From Gordius albopunctatus (Eukaryota), in assembly GCA_964276515.1 (NCBI GenBank), contig OZ193910.1, positions 1,426,001-1,490,000 of the forward strand: 64,000 nt of DNA, written 5' to 3'. The notes under the pieces are model-generated. The model saw nothing but the letters and a program-made list of their open reading frames with translations, did no database searches and was not told the origin of the DNA. The position numbers and the translations under genes are program-made. This document shows, one piece after another, positions 1 through 13,300 of this stretch. How positions within the stretch are numbered: the stretch's first letter is position 1; the number at the start of each line of letters is the position of its first letter.

Positions 1-371
1 TTTGATAAAAAGACAATAATTTATCGATAGAATTTAAATGCAATTTATGGATAATTCTTTTGACTTAAAGCAAAAAAGAAAGGTATAGAAATTTTTTATC
101 ATGAAAATATTTAGCAACTTACCGAAAGCGACGAATGATAAGGGAATAATAAAGGTTAATTGGAGAAACTTTGTGATGGCGAAATCAAGTTTCTTAACTT
201 TTTTAGCATTTTAATATGCAATAAAATAAAAAGTAACGAAATAATAGACTATTTAAAAAATCTTATTAAGCCCGAATTGCCCGAATCATATCTTCGTGCC
301 GCCCGGGCCCGCCCGAAAATGAAAATTTAGGACAGTTGCTCGGGCAGCGGGTCGGCCCGGGCATTCTTCTA
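1..371. mobile_element. Right end of a probable hAT-like DNA transposon remnant
   Basis: Clustered CCCGA/GCCCG subterminal motifs (270-361) ending in ...CGGGCATTCTTCTA, similar in style to other hAT ends in the window. The left end is outside the window. Confidence 0.35.
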
Positions 372-1807
372 ATTTTAACAATGGAAACCTTCTAAAATTT
401 GAAATCCTCTCTCATGGGCGTAGCCAAAAAATTTGTTGAAATTTCATAAAATTATGGCTAAATTTTCAAAAAAGGATCATTTTGCCCCTCCCGAAATCAT
501 GTTTGCCCCCCCCCCTGTAATTCCACTGCAGCCTACACCGATGTCCGCTCTCAAGTCGGCATTTGTTGTTAAGTATAATTAAGAGAGGAGCTAATGTTAA
601 ATATAATAAACATTGCATTTCATCGTTTTCATATATGCTTAATTACTTTTTAATTTACATCAAATTCACTAATTTTATACTATACGTATTTCATATTTTT
701 AAGCCACACATTTCACAAAATGTGCGTAGACACCTGGTTACTATTGCAGCGCTCTTGTCCCATATGCAAGCTCGACATCCTAGAAGCGTACGGGCTTACG
801 GTATCTTTATTTGGACAACTTTTTATTTTACCAACCTTTTTTATCGCCGATTTTAAACTTCTGGCTCATGCATAGGCGTAGCTAGGGGGTCGGAGGCAGA
901 GAGGCCCGGCTGCCCCCCCCCTCTAAATACAAAAATCTTCTTAAATTTCAAAAAATTATCATTTCGCCCCCCTCCCCCCTAAGTCATTATTGCTCCCTCT
1001 AATTCCAATGCCGGCTACGCCCATGGGTTCAGGCATCGGTTCCTTAAGTTAAAAGACAACAACAGATTTAGTCTCTCTATAAAAAATGAGATTGGCAATG
1101 AAATATATCTTGCCGGCTAAACTATTTTCTGGTAAAATTTAATTACGAAAAGTGTATCGCCTTGAAAAAGGGGCCAAACCAAGCTATGGCACTAAAGGCC
1201 TTTAAGGAGGGTCGGGGGGGGGCCAAGTTTAGTTTTCGTAATTAACCTCCTCTCTGCACTGCACCGCGATTAATCCAAGGTTAATTTTGGGATGAAGTGT
1301 TCCCTCTACCTTTCACATTTGTCATTTTGGCTTTCTCCAATTATAGTTAGAAGACTTTGAATATATATATATATACAATAGATAGGAGGAGGGGTTATCA
1401 TGAATCGTTTATTTTTGTCATAATTATTGCACTGGAGAGATGTGAATTTTCATGGGTGTAGCGAGCATTTGAATTAAGGGGCGGGGCGAAGTGATAATTT
1501 TTATGAAATTTAAAAAAAATTGGATTTAGAGGGAGGCAACCGCCCCTCCCTGCCTCCCCGGCTACGCCTACGTGAATTTGCAATAAATAAGTTCTCATTT
1601 GTTTAGTTAAGCGCCAAATCTCTTTCATCCGCATCCTACCGTGCATATTTTGATGTGCAGGGAATCATCATTTAAGCTCTAAGTGTTTATATATTATGTC
1701 AAGTTTTGTGGAAACCAAATAAATAATCCAAAATACATTATAAACAGAATTTATGACGAGATGCGTAAATTTATATACAAGACTATATTTTCTTTTAAAT
1801 CGCGCAG

Positions 1808-2533
1808 ATCGATAAATCGAGGCGGGCATTCAAAACCTGCGCTTCCGCCTTGAGGTCACATGATCATCATCATCACGTGACGACTATAGGATCTAATAAT
1901 CCCCCGGGCTCCAATGTGACCGCCCTCATATTTGGGGGTGGTCGTCTTAACCCCTCAGCGCTCTCCAGGCTTGGAAGACGTCCTCTCTCTCTCACAACTC
2001 CCACGGGCGGTTCCGGCCTGCACCGCGATTGGTATTACGCCGGTCGAACGGACCCCCCTCACCCTACTGCAGTCTCACCCCACGCCGAATATTCGGACTC
2101 CATCTCAGGTGGTGGGGGTGGGGCCGAATTGGATCGAATATTAATGAGCGGTATCGTGGGCGAGAGGGACTCATCTCACCATCACCATCCACGAGTAACT
2201 TACGTCGTTCATTCCACTTCGCCCATGCCCTTACCCCTCAGCACCTATGGGGATGATGTTCGGATCTTACACCACGCCCCTTCGGTCCCGCCCCTCTCTC
2301 ATCACCCCTCATCGTCTTGTCGCAAATGCTCCTCGACTCCCTCCCTCCTTCCACCGTACCCCTCACCCCCCTCAACTTCACCACCCTCTCCGCCCAACTC
2401 TGTCGGTCTCGCCCCTCAAATTGTTGGGGGTCAACGACACGTATTTGTGTTACCGCCCTTCTTGACCGCCTCCTCACCCTCCACACCCACACCCGCTAAG
2501 GACGACCCACAAGGATCAGCTGCTGATACATAG
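1808..2533 (+). CDS. Probable terminal coding exon of an unidentified host gene (IDKSRRAFKTCASAL... followed by a Pro/Ser/His-rich low-complexity tail)
   Basis: T-rich tract and GCAG acceptor at 1804-1807, in frame with the 1850-2533 ORF. GC-rich island in AT-rich DNA; TAG stop at 2531-2533. Protein family not recognised. Confidence 0.6.
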   Translation: MDKSRRAFKTCASALRSHDHHHHVTTIGSNNPPGSNVTALIFGGGRLNPSALSRLGRRPLSLTTPTGGSGLHRDWYYAGRTDPPHPTAVSPHAEYSDSISGGGGGAELDRILMSGIVGERDSSHHHHPRVTYVVHSTSPMPLPLSTYGDDVRILHHAPSVPPLSHHPSSSCRKCSSTPSLLPPYPSPPSTSPPSPPNSVGLAPQIVGGQRHVFVLPPFLTASSPSTPTPAKDDPQGSAADT

Positions 2534-4494
2534 ATCCCCCCCCCACATCCCTCCATAAGATCTCTATTGCCGCCCTGTGAGATCTGCGTCCTTATTATAA
2601 TATTTATCGGTCAAATCTTTATATATATCGAGGCGGCGGCGTATTATGTAAATTAGCGTACGCGTACACGCTTATATAATATATCCACACGATACCTACT
2701 ATGTAATAGTGTTATGAAGGCGGCTGGGTTTTAATTTAACTAAGAGTATCGGTCGAATCCGGTTCCATTTCCAAATTTCGACTAAGAAAATGAGACCAAA
2801 AAATCGTGGGTCTGCTGTTTATGTTTATTCAACCAAACCGAGCCGTTTGCACAACACTACCATGTTATGTATTGCATCGATGTATGACGCCTACCTACGA
2901 ATTGTTCTAGAGATGCCTTTAACCGTATCATATTCCCGTCCCGTGGACTTACGAATCACCACAACGACAAATGTGTAACATTATTGTTTACCCGCCACTA
3001 CAGCCAACCCCCCCCCCACGTATAATGCACTCAAACGCAATCCCTTACTCTCATATAGGGATTGCGTTTGTGTTTTTGTAATGTCGTGTTTGAGACTAAT
3101 AACTCTAACCCTAATTATACTTCTCGATATTTATTCAACCCTAAAAAAATATTGTAAATTAAGTTATTTCGCCTTTAAAGTTGCTGATCGACCTGTGGTT
3201 CAAAGGTTATGGTTTGTTTGTATTTTAGAAAGAGGAAAAATTTAGCTATATGGGATGTGTTAGGATTTGTCTTGATCTGACTCGCTCGCTAGTTCATGGC
3301 ATCAAGCTAGCCTTAGCTCTAAGATTAACCTATTTGTTTGGTAAATATGAAATAGTTTACCCATCGAACCAGATAAAGCATGAGAGAAGATTCTCTATTA
3401 GGCAGAGAACTAATGGGAAATTTCAGCGATTGCGCTCGCTCGAGAAAAGGTCTCTGCTGACTCAATTTATAAATATAACTATTGCTCGACTCCATTCACA
3501 TCATGGGCGTAGCCAGCATTGGGATTAGAGGGGGGGGGGCAAGAATGAACATCTTTTGATATTTTAGCCACAATTTTAATGGATTTCCACAAATTTTTTG
3601 ATTTACAGGGGTTTCCATCGACAAAAATGTAGTTTGTCCTTTAAATATGCCAAAGCACGATGAGGCCAGAATATCTTTGAGGATTAGGCCTCATTTGCAA
3701 TAGCAACATTGTTGAAGAAAAGAGAGCAATACAAATTAAGATTCTTCCTTTTAATTGCTATGCAATTTATGGGCCTGTCCATCTTGTAATTTGCCAATAC
3801 TTATATGGGTTCTTATTGAGTGTGGACTTATGCTTCTTCTGTAAAAGACTATTATTTTGCTTTCGCAAATACACTAGCTAATCACTGCTGGCTGATCGAG
3901 CCCAAATTCCATTATTGTTTTTGTGCCCGATTGATTACCTCTACGTATTTATGTATTAAGCTTATATATGTGATGACTTTGTTTTGGCAAAAATAAACAT
4001 TTTAACTAAAAAAGTAAGATTGTGCCATCGGACTAGGGGAGAGTGGTGAGAGCGTATTCTTTTCTAAAGAAGATTCCAAGAAATAGAATACAAAATGTAT
4101 TTTAGTTTAATAAAAAGCCTCTTTATTTAACATAATTACTGTCTTGCTTAATTTTTAATTGTTTGGTAAGGCAGTGGGGTAGGGTTTGAGATAAAATTGT
4201 AAATGGTCACAAAATTGAGCAAGTTTATGACGGGGGAGCCAACACTTGAGTATCAATATAAAATGGAATTAAGGATTTCGCTAAGGCTATATGGTTTTGT
4301 TTGGTTGACCTTTAGTTCAACTAAGACTAACGGTCAACTCTGGTCTGTTTTTCATATTTCGACTAAGCCTGGAGGTCCACTAAGAAAAATAGACCAATGA
4401 ACACTAGTTAATAGGAGAGGAGTGCGTGTGTTATTATGATAAAATGTTCCTTAAAAAATATGTTGATTAGCTTGTATCAGGCAGGCATAAAATG

Positions 4495-5601
4495 CAGGGG
4501 TTTGAACCCGCCCAAAATAAAATTGGGTTCGGTTTAAGGAGACGGGTTCGGGTTCAAGATATTTTATTATACTAATAATACATTTTTACCTTCAAAAAAT
4601 TATTGAATAGTTAACTTAATTTTAAATAGCACCTAATTAAATTCACATGTTTCATCTCATTATGCATATGTATTTATTGAATTTTTAATGTTGTAATTTA
4701 TTTTTGGATTTAAAAGCAATAAAAATATAATTAATAAAAGCCATACCATATTATAAATTACACAAAAATATTTTTATTCAACGTATACTTCACATCATGA
4801 AATATAAATACAGTTGACACATAAATTATGTATATTATTTTGATATATTATTTAATCTTACAATTAAAACAACTTCTAATATTTGATCAGTCATTTGTGA
4901 TTGATATGATAGAATAAATTTTAATGAGGAAAAAGCTCTTTCCACACTAACTTGGGTAGGTGGAACAACCAATACAACCTGGGCTAACTGATAAATTTTG
5001 GGGTCTTCATGTTATTTTTTCTCCCAAAATTCTAATACGTTCTTATCTTGTCCAATTCTATTTTGATCTAAGAACAATGTCAAGAGAGAACCTATACTTT
5101 TTCCTGCACTTTTAACATTTTCCATATTAATAGTTTTTCTTTGTTCTTTCATTCTTAAAAGCTTCTCAAGCTTATCCGTTTTATCAGGCAATAATAATTA
5201 TATTTTATCACTAGAATCATTACAGCCATTCTTTAATACCTCCAACTTCCCCAAAATTTTTAGTAAATGTATTTTAGCTATGTGAATTTATTACTCTGAT
5301 AGTAGACATTGATAACGCAAATCAACGTATGAAGCTGAGCATATAAACGAACATCATTCTTAAGAAGCTTTTCCTCGCGTGCCTACATATTTTCAATTAC
5401 TATTTTAGAAAATGGTGAAGCCTTCGTTTCGTTACATTGTCATGATAGAGAAAACTGAAATATTCAATTCACAATATATTTTTGAATTCAAAACCCGAGC
5501 CCTTTTTTGTATTCATCGGGTTTGGATTTTAAGGGTATTTTTAAAAATGGGTTCGGGTTCAGTAAAACATCGGGTTTTACCCAGTTCGGGACAAACCCCT
5601 G
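4495..5601 (-). mobile_element. Internally deleted hAT transposon
   Basis: TIRs CAGGGGTTTG / CAAACCCCTG; 8-bp TSD ATAAAATG/ATGAAATG. The minus strand encodes the hAT C-terminal dimerisation motif (LAQVVLVVPPTQVSVERAFSSLKFIL) near 4910-5000. Confidence 0.8.
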
Positions 5602-7325
5602 ATGAAATGATGATAGTTGTATCATTAATAATAATTTAATCTTGAACTAGTGTGGCTTATCAAGTCGAGTTAAATATTGGGAGCAGGCATTTGGGTTCGC
5701 TTTAGTTATGAGCTTGAATATGGCTTTAGGTGCTGTAAAAAGGCTGAATATTACCTTTTTCCAGTAAGCAAGATGGCTATGGGCATAGCCAGGGGGGCGC
5801 TCCTCAAAATTTGTTGAAATATATTAAAATTATAGCTAAAATTTGTAAAAATGATTATTTTTCCCATCCCTATTCCAATGCTGGCTCTACGCCCATCAAG
5901 ATGCCGTTTTAATACTACAAAACTTCATTAATAACATTTTATTTACTATTATGATTAACTCTAAGGGTATTTTTAATTTTATCTATATTTGGTAAAACGC
6001 TCGTTAAATTGTATCGACATCACTTTGCTTTAAGTACTCATAATTTTTTGCCAAAATTTTCTATAAAAAAGGGCAGTCATCCCATAAAAGAATACACAAA
6101 GGGCACTCTCTTACCATGCCTTAACATTTATTAGCTCTAAAAGATTTCTTAGTTTTACAATGGGTACTACAAAGAAAAATGGCTCAAACTTCTCTGTTCG
6201 AACATTATTAGACTGTGTATGACTTTATAAGACTCAAAGAATGATGCATTAAAAACCTATCTTTCGGCTAAATGATTTTTAAAATATAATTAATCCTAAA
6301 TTATAGATTCTCACCGTCGTAGGATTAAGGTTTCAGGGCATACAGTATTAATCAAAGTTTTGCTACATATTTTTGTCTATTCTACCCTTAACTCAGAATC
6401 AGATGTATAGCTAACTTATGTGCTTAACATCCTCACTTATTTAAAACCATCAGCACAACGTCCATTATTAATTTAAATAAACATGGGTTGCCAAGCGGCT
6501 TAAGAAAGACACTATCAACCAAATTGTACCGGTTTTTAAGAATACCTACCTTTGAAGACCTAGGAATATTTTAAAAATTATGAATGCGCAAGTAGTCGAG
6601 GAATCAATTAAATCAGCTATTTTAATAAATTTGCCATGCAATTAGGAGTTGGAAAATTAATTATATCATTTCTTTCTATTTTTAGCAAGTAAACTGGCCC
6701 TTATAAACATATTGACCCCCTCAAGCTAGAGAGAGACGGATGGTCAAAGAATACAAAATATATCATATACATTTAATATATATAAATATTAAGCAAATTT
6801 TGTACGCGATTTTATATCCAAAATGGTGTATAATTAATAAGAAAGACGTCTACTTTCGTGCATCATCAAGGCACAGAACAAAAGGCACTCAGCTGCCCTC
6901 CTCTATTTAGCTGGGCACGGAGGAGCTGTTTAAATAATAAAATATCAATTTGATCGTCGTGGTATTGGTGAAAAACAGTAAAAAAGTAGATCAAAATTAA
7001 ATGAAAATTGTGAGATTTCCAAAATGCGTGATTTGTATGGACGGAATCGCAAAAGCGAGTTTTAAGCAGATTTTGTGGTGCCATGATTTATACAATGTAA
7101 TAATGTAATATGCACATAGCAAGAAAAGGAGCTCGAAAACAAATACTGTGGGTGTTGTTCGTATGTTGGTATATATACTTTAGAAATGACGATGATAATA
7201 ATAATGGGAGGATCGCGTTTGGTTATTAATAAATAACGAATGGCTCGTGTAACGCGAAAGAAGAATAATAATAATAATGGTATCACTCAATCTGTAAGAA
7301 GTCGAATGGAAATAGTATATGTAAT

Positions 7326-10300
7326 TTATAGGTCGCTCTCCCCGTAGAGGGAAGCCGAGAAGGAACGATAATCGAAACAGCCGGGACCGACCGCGTTCGG
7401 GCCTTTGTAAGGTGACATTCGCTTTATGCAATATTCCGCTTCTTCCGGCGCCAATTCCCGTTTCAAATCTTCGACCGTTATGTAGGGCTATGAAAGGAAA
7501 TTGGAAGATGATGAAATTAACATGATTTCCTTTATCCCGATTCAAATTAAAAAAGGTTTACGCCCTCCTCCTTCAAACGATCCCTCTAAATAATTATTTT
7601 CAATAGCCCGAAAACCTCGCTAAACGTTTAAATATAAAGTTTGACCCCTATAGATAAAGAAAGTTTCAAATCCATCGGCATAACTAAAACAAAATCTTCT
7701 TTATAGTTGTTTATAGTTTCATTTAATAAAAAATTTTATTTGGAAAAAAAATTGTACTATTTACAAAAGTAGACCGCTCATTCACACAATGATACTGAAA
7801 ATTTATCTTATGAGTTTCTGTTCTTAGTTCGATATTGTATGGTTAAAATGCTTATTAATTCTGATTGCATCATTACCCTTACAACCCGAAGCCGGCTTTC
7901 TATTATTTTATACTATCCAAACACGTGCAGGACTGTGAAGCTCACCCCGAAGAAGACTACGCTTTGATTAATACGTACAAAAAAGGTAAAAATAAAATGA
8001 GATTCAAACTTTGTCGCCCGCGAGGGTCCTGAACGACGCGACAATCTGATCGAACGTATCCATGTCCGTACTTTCCCTCGTCATAAAATCGAGGAAAGAT
8101 TCGAAACTTACGGAGCCCGTATTATTGGGATCCACGCACAACATTATTCTCCGGAATTCGGCGTCGCCCTGCATGATAAAGTTGATGCGAAAGTATGAAA
8201 TTAAGTGATTAACTGTGTTAGAAAACTAGGTAATACAATACCATAGATAGACAAATAGACTGCTCATCTCTGAAGTATTTACGCAACAAAGGTGTTGCCA
8301 AAAACGGCCGCCATCTTGAAAGACTAAGTAGTTTTGCATAGCGATGGATGGTTTTGGTCAATTATCATCTTATAAAGTGCAACAGCCCATTTTTAATCAA
8401 ATTCCAGAAAATTTGCCGACTAACACCAAAATATGCGAAAAAAATGCCAAGTAAAATTATAATTTTACAAATTTTTTCCCGTTTTCCCCATAAGTAAGGT
8501 GCCTTCACCTGTTTATCCTCCCTGATGTTATAGCCCAGTGATATGAGGCAAGATTTGAAATCTTTGGGATCGAGCATGCGCGTCTTATTTTTATCAAAAT
8601 GGGCAAAAGACATCCGTATTTCGTTGAGTTGTTCTTGCGTCATTCCCTTCGAGTCTCGCGTTAATATCTAAAGGCAGCACGGATTCAATGAAAATTAGAT
8701 GGAAAAAGAGAGATTAAATGTTTGAACTAGTGCTTTGAAAAGGCCTGGGATTTGTTTGGTCGACTTAACAAACGGACCAAAATCCTCTGGTCTCTTTTTC
8801 ATATTTCGACTAAGCCTAGGGGTTAGTTTTTGTTTGGTCGACTAAAAAAACCATTTTAAAAGTTTGTACTTATCGATTTTTGAGAGATAGATATAATTGC
8901 TAAGGATGAGGCAAATCTTTAAAACTAGCCTGATTTTCCACTTCGTTAGTATAACGGGAATTAGATGTAAGGAGCTGCTCCCAGCCAACCCTCAGCGTTT
9001 CCATGGTATAACGCGTATAACGATTTTCGAAAATCATGGCTTCTTGAACTTCCTACAGCAGAGAAATATTCATAAAATTAAAACGTTTCAAAGAAAACTA
9101 CGGGGTTCAATTGAGGAAATATAAAAAATCATTAGTTCGATCGCACCATTTGTTAACAAGGAATAGACATATTTACAAAGATATGACGGTCAATAATTAC
9201 ATTAATTAATGAATATTAGAAACCCAAAGAGTTTTTCTTATATTAAGTAAAAAATCACTGTGAAGATTGTAAAATAAAATTCAATTATGCAGGCACATTT
9301 CTTATAATGGTTGCAGCTACAGCGTCATCATATATTATAAAATAAAGCGAGCTGCTCACTTGATTAAACCGCTCCAGGTCGTCTATGTTGGGTTTAAATT
9401 GCGCCACGGATAAATCTATCGCCCTTAGCTTCAACAATTGATCTTCCAGCGATCTAACGATATAAGCAAAAAGAAAAATTGTTAGCTTTACGAAGCTAGA
9501 AACCAGTATCAGAAAATAGCAAGAAAAAAGCAAAATCCCTAATTAGATATGTAATAAAAGTGCGAACCCTTGGGTTTGGAGAGCCAGCCCGGCTATGGTA
9601 TCTAGCTGGCGTTCGATCCAAGGCCCGACCGTATTCGCCTTCTCAGCGAATTGCCGTCTCAAGCGCTCGTTTTGCTGTTGACGTAGCAACTCGTTCTGTA
9701 AAACTGCGTCTCTTTTGGGCACTAGCGAGCGAACTTCTTCCCATTTAGAAGATATCATCTGGTATGAGGAATGCATATCTTATATAGTCGCTTTGGCAGG
9801 AGGCATTGATTGTTTTAACCACTTTCTGGACATGTTTATCATATTTTAAAGCGGATCTCCTCTTTAAGGTCAAAGACATTAATTGATTAGCGTGGGCCAA
9901 GAGCATGGGCGTAACCAGCATTTTTAGAGGGGGGGCAATAATGATTTAGGGAGGGGTAAAATGATCATTTTTCGAAATTTAGCCATAACTTAAATAAATT
10001 TCAACACATTTTTGGACATAGAGGGGGGGGGGAACAGTCGCCCCTCCTTGGTTAGACCCCTGGCCAAGCACCATCTGCGCGTAGTCTCGTCAAGCTCCCA
10101 GGAAAAAAAATAAAAACAACTGATCCTCACAGTATTTATCCTATTTCTAATATTGGCATTACCATTTCCACGCTCATTTATAAGGAGATAACATATGTTA
10201 TATATACCTTATCATTGATTAATACATTCGCTTATATTATACCAAAAGTTGTCTGGGGCAATTAGATATTCCCTCCATACACCCCTTCGAACTAACAAAA

Positions 10301-13300
10301 TGTCTTAATTATAACTTAAGGTATTGACGATTGATATATAGATGTTATTTTCAAGATGGCCACTTGTAAAGAAGGTGTAAAACGATCGAAAACGCTCGCG
10401 CATTAATTTTAAGCGCAAATTTACGCCAAATATAATTAAAAGAAATTTTGAGATATTTGTTTAAAAACGGGAAATCAAAGGAGGTACCGTTGGTTTGATG
10501 GAGCAATAAGGATTTTCCAAGGCTCCGGGTATGTCGTGTTGCGAAGCCAATTTCTGAATTTCGGACCAGAGCCCCAAGATGGATTTACATTCCTCATCAG
10601 CCGCGCCCAAATTATTCTTGAAATGTTCGTGCGCGTCTATCAAGCTCTATATGCCGCGAAATATAGGTAAGGGCTATGTTATGATAAACCTTATCACGTA
10701 ATAGTTTCGCAATTTTAACAAGCTTTAGCAACTTTAAAATCGATTGAATATCAATAAATGGCCTTTTTAAGTTTTAAAGCTCAAAGGTAAAACCATAGAC
10801 TACACAGACCGCTCATGTCACATCTTGCATTAAAAACTCCACCATTTTGAATTTAACTATCTCCCACGTCTTTCTAAAGCATAAAAGCTGACTCCACCTT
10901 CCCCACTAGTTAATAAATAAAGACGTAATTGAACGATTATTTAATAAAATACAAATGGCACTAAATTGCTTCGACGTCACATCATCCATACTTTTGTATT
11001 TTATATTTTTATAAATTTTGCAGATATATATCTTAAAATGCCCTTTTTAATGTTTAACTGGTTCAACATTCTTTTATTACGTTTTGGAAACACTTTAATA
11101 TAATCTATGTTTATGGTGCCCATTTCAAAATGGCGGTAAACGGTGGGTAAACGTTAATTCTTTCATATTTTCGAACGCTTACTTGCAACTCTTCTACGGT
11201 ATGAACGAATAGCATGTCCACCAAGTCCTCACAAGCCCCGTCCAACCAATTATTGAAGGGGGCGCTCCTCTTGGCGAATTCCAGATGCAATCGATCTATA
11301 GCTTCCAATATACTTTCCGCATCCTAAGGCAATATTTTTAATTTATTCTCAATTTTAAGCCGTTAAAATAGTTGATAAATAATAAATACCATAATTGTCG
11401 TTGAAAGAAAGTTTTAAAGATAGCCCATTTTAAACTAGTAATCAATCATACGGGGGCTTATAACGAAAGAGAAGCTTTTTTCCCCAAATCCTATATCCAA
11501 AGAAGACCTCTGTACACAAACCTTGGAGTTCCTAATTTTTAAATTTTAAACACTCGTGTTTTAGCTACGGCTGGGGTGTTTTGATTGGTCGACCATGGGT
11601 TCAACTAAGACCAACGCTCGCTTCGGGTCTGTTTCTCCGATTCAAGGAGAACGGACACCAAAAAATCGTTGGCCTCTTTATGTTTGCTCGACCAAAACCA
11701 AAGGTCGATCAAAGAAAACCGCCCAGCCGGTTTTAGAATACTAGCTGGGCACATCTAGAGATGATAGAAGGGCATTACGTCCATCCCTTTCCTCCTCTTC
11801 TGCGTAAGGGTGCCCAGTAAATCCCATTGGTCACATATGGCCTGGCATCGGGCGTTTATCGAAGCCGAGTCGTAATAATGTAGGGCGCTATAGAAATAGG
11901 ATTACGGTTTTTGAGAAACAATTCGTGTAAAATTAGATAATATAAAGCATATAGTGAGTAGTGTGTCGTAAAAACGGGTAGGTTTTGCTTAGACGACCTA
12001 CAGTTTAGGAAAGATTAACGGTCGTCCCTGGTCTCTTTTTTGAATCTCGACTAAGCCTTGATGTCCAACCACGACAAACGGGCGCTTCTTTATGTTTAGT
12101 CGACTCTAAAGGTCGAGCAAACAAAACCCAGCCATTTTTACGACACTAATATCGAGGATGTTGGTTTATTGCAATTGTAAAGAGGTTTGTGGAAGTTGGA
12201 AATTTTCGTAAAATTCTAACTTCAATTCTTGAGCAATGGCCACTATCTGCTCGACCCGATCTTGGTGCGCGGCCAAATCACTTTCGAACGCCTCGTGCTT
12301 CTTCTTTAAAGCCTATAGGACGATATCCGAAATTCGTGTGAAATATTATTGTATTATAAATATGCACATTACATACAAATACTTGTTATAAAAACATGAA
12401 AAACTTAAACAATTCTAAATAAGGTGAGATTGAACGAATAAATTAGTTATAGGAGCGAATTCCATTAGAAAACACCGAAATTATTCGCAATTTATCTTCC
12501 TACATTTCTTAATACCACCTTCGCACAAAATACGAAACAAAAAAAGATGAACTGTTTCACTAAACGCGCGCTACTTACAGATGAATATTTTCCCGATAAA
12601 TTTTGGTTAAGGAGAAATTCCTAGGAAAAAGGGGGAAAAGAGGGGAATGTGAACGATTTATTAAGTAAGATTTTCATAAATTAAACGTTTATACATTAAA
12701 AACAAAAGTTTAATGATAGTATTTGTGGAAAAATCTACATTGGATCCCCGTGCACAATTTTTTGGATTTTTTTTTTAAAACGATCATAACTACAAATAAT
12801 AAGAAAGGTAGTGTTGTAAAAAGGGCTTTTGGTTTAGCAAAGACTAACGATCGACTCTGGTCCATTTTCAAAATTTCGATTAAGCCACAGACCCAAAACC
12901 TTTGGTCTCTTTTTCTTAGTCGCCTAAGACCAAAGTTCGACCAAACGAAACTCAACCGTTTTTGCGGCACTAATAAAAGGACAAGACAGAGAAGACAAGA
13001 CATATTGCCCAGCGCATAAAGGGGGTGTAACCTTGATTTCGTGTAGTCGACTATTCCTAAAATCTCGGCTGTGCAACATATCCTCCTTGCCCTTGGTCCA
13101 TTCTTCGTGAATATCAGCCTTGTGCCTGAACTTCTTCGCCAAATGATCAAGCCGTTCCAGGCGCATGAGCTCGGCTAGGAGCCAATCTTCGAATCCCTTC
13201 TCGGCCGTCTCCATACCCTTCCAAGCGCTCGAAATGTCCTAGTGGCGTAGTATAAAATGACAAAACACACATTTATAACCATGGGCGTAGCCACGAGAGG

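Noticed and set aside
563..856. Short ORFs in AT-rich or MITE sequence (563-856, 1398-1646, 5412-5639, 18029-18475 and similar)
   Set aside because: Non-ATG starts or overlap with MITEs, and no recognisable protein features.
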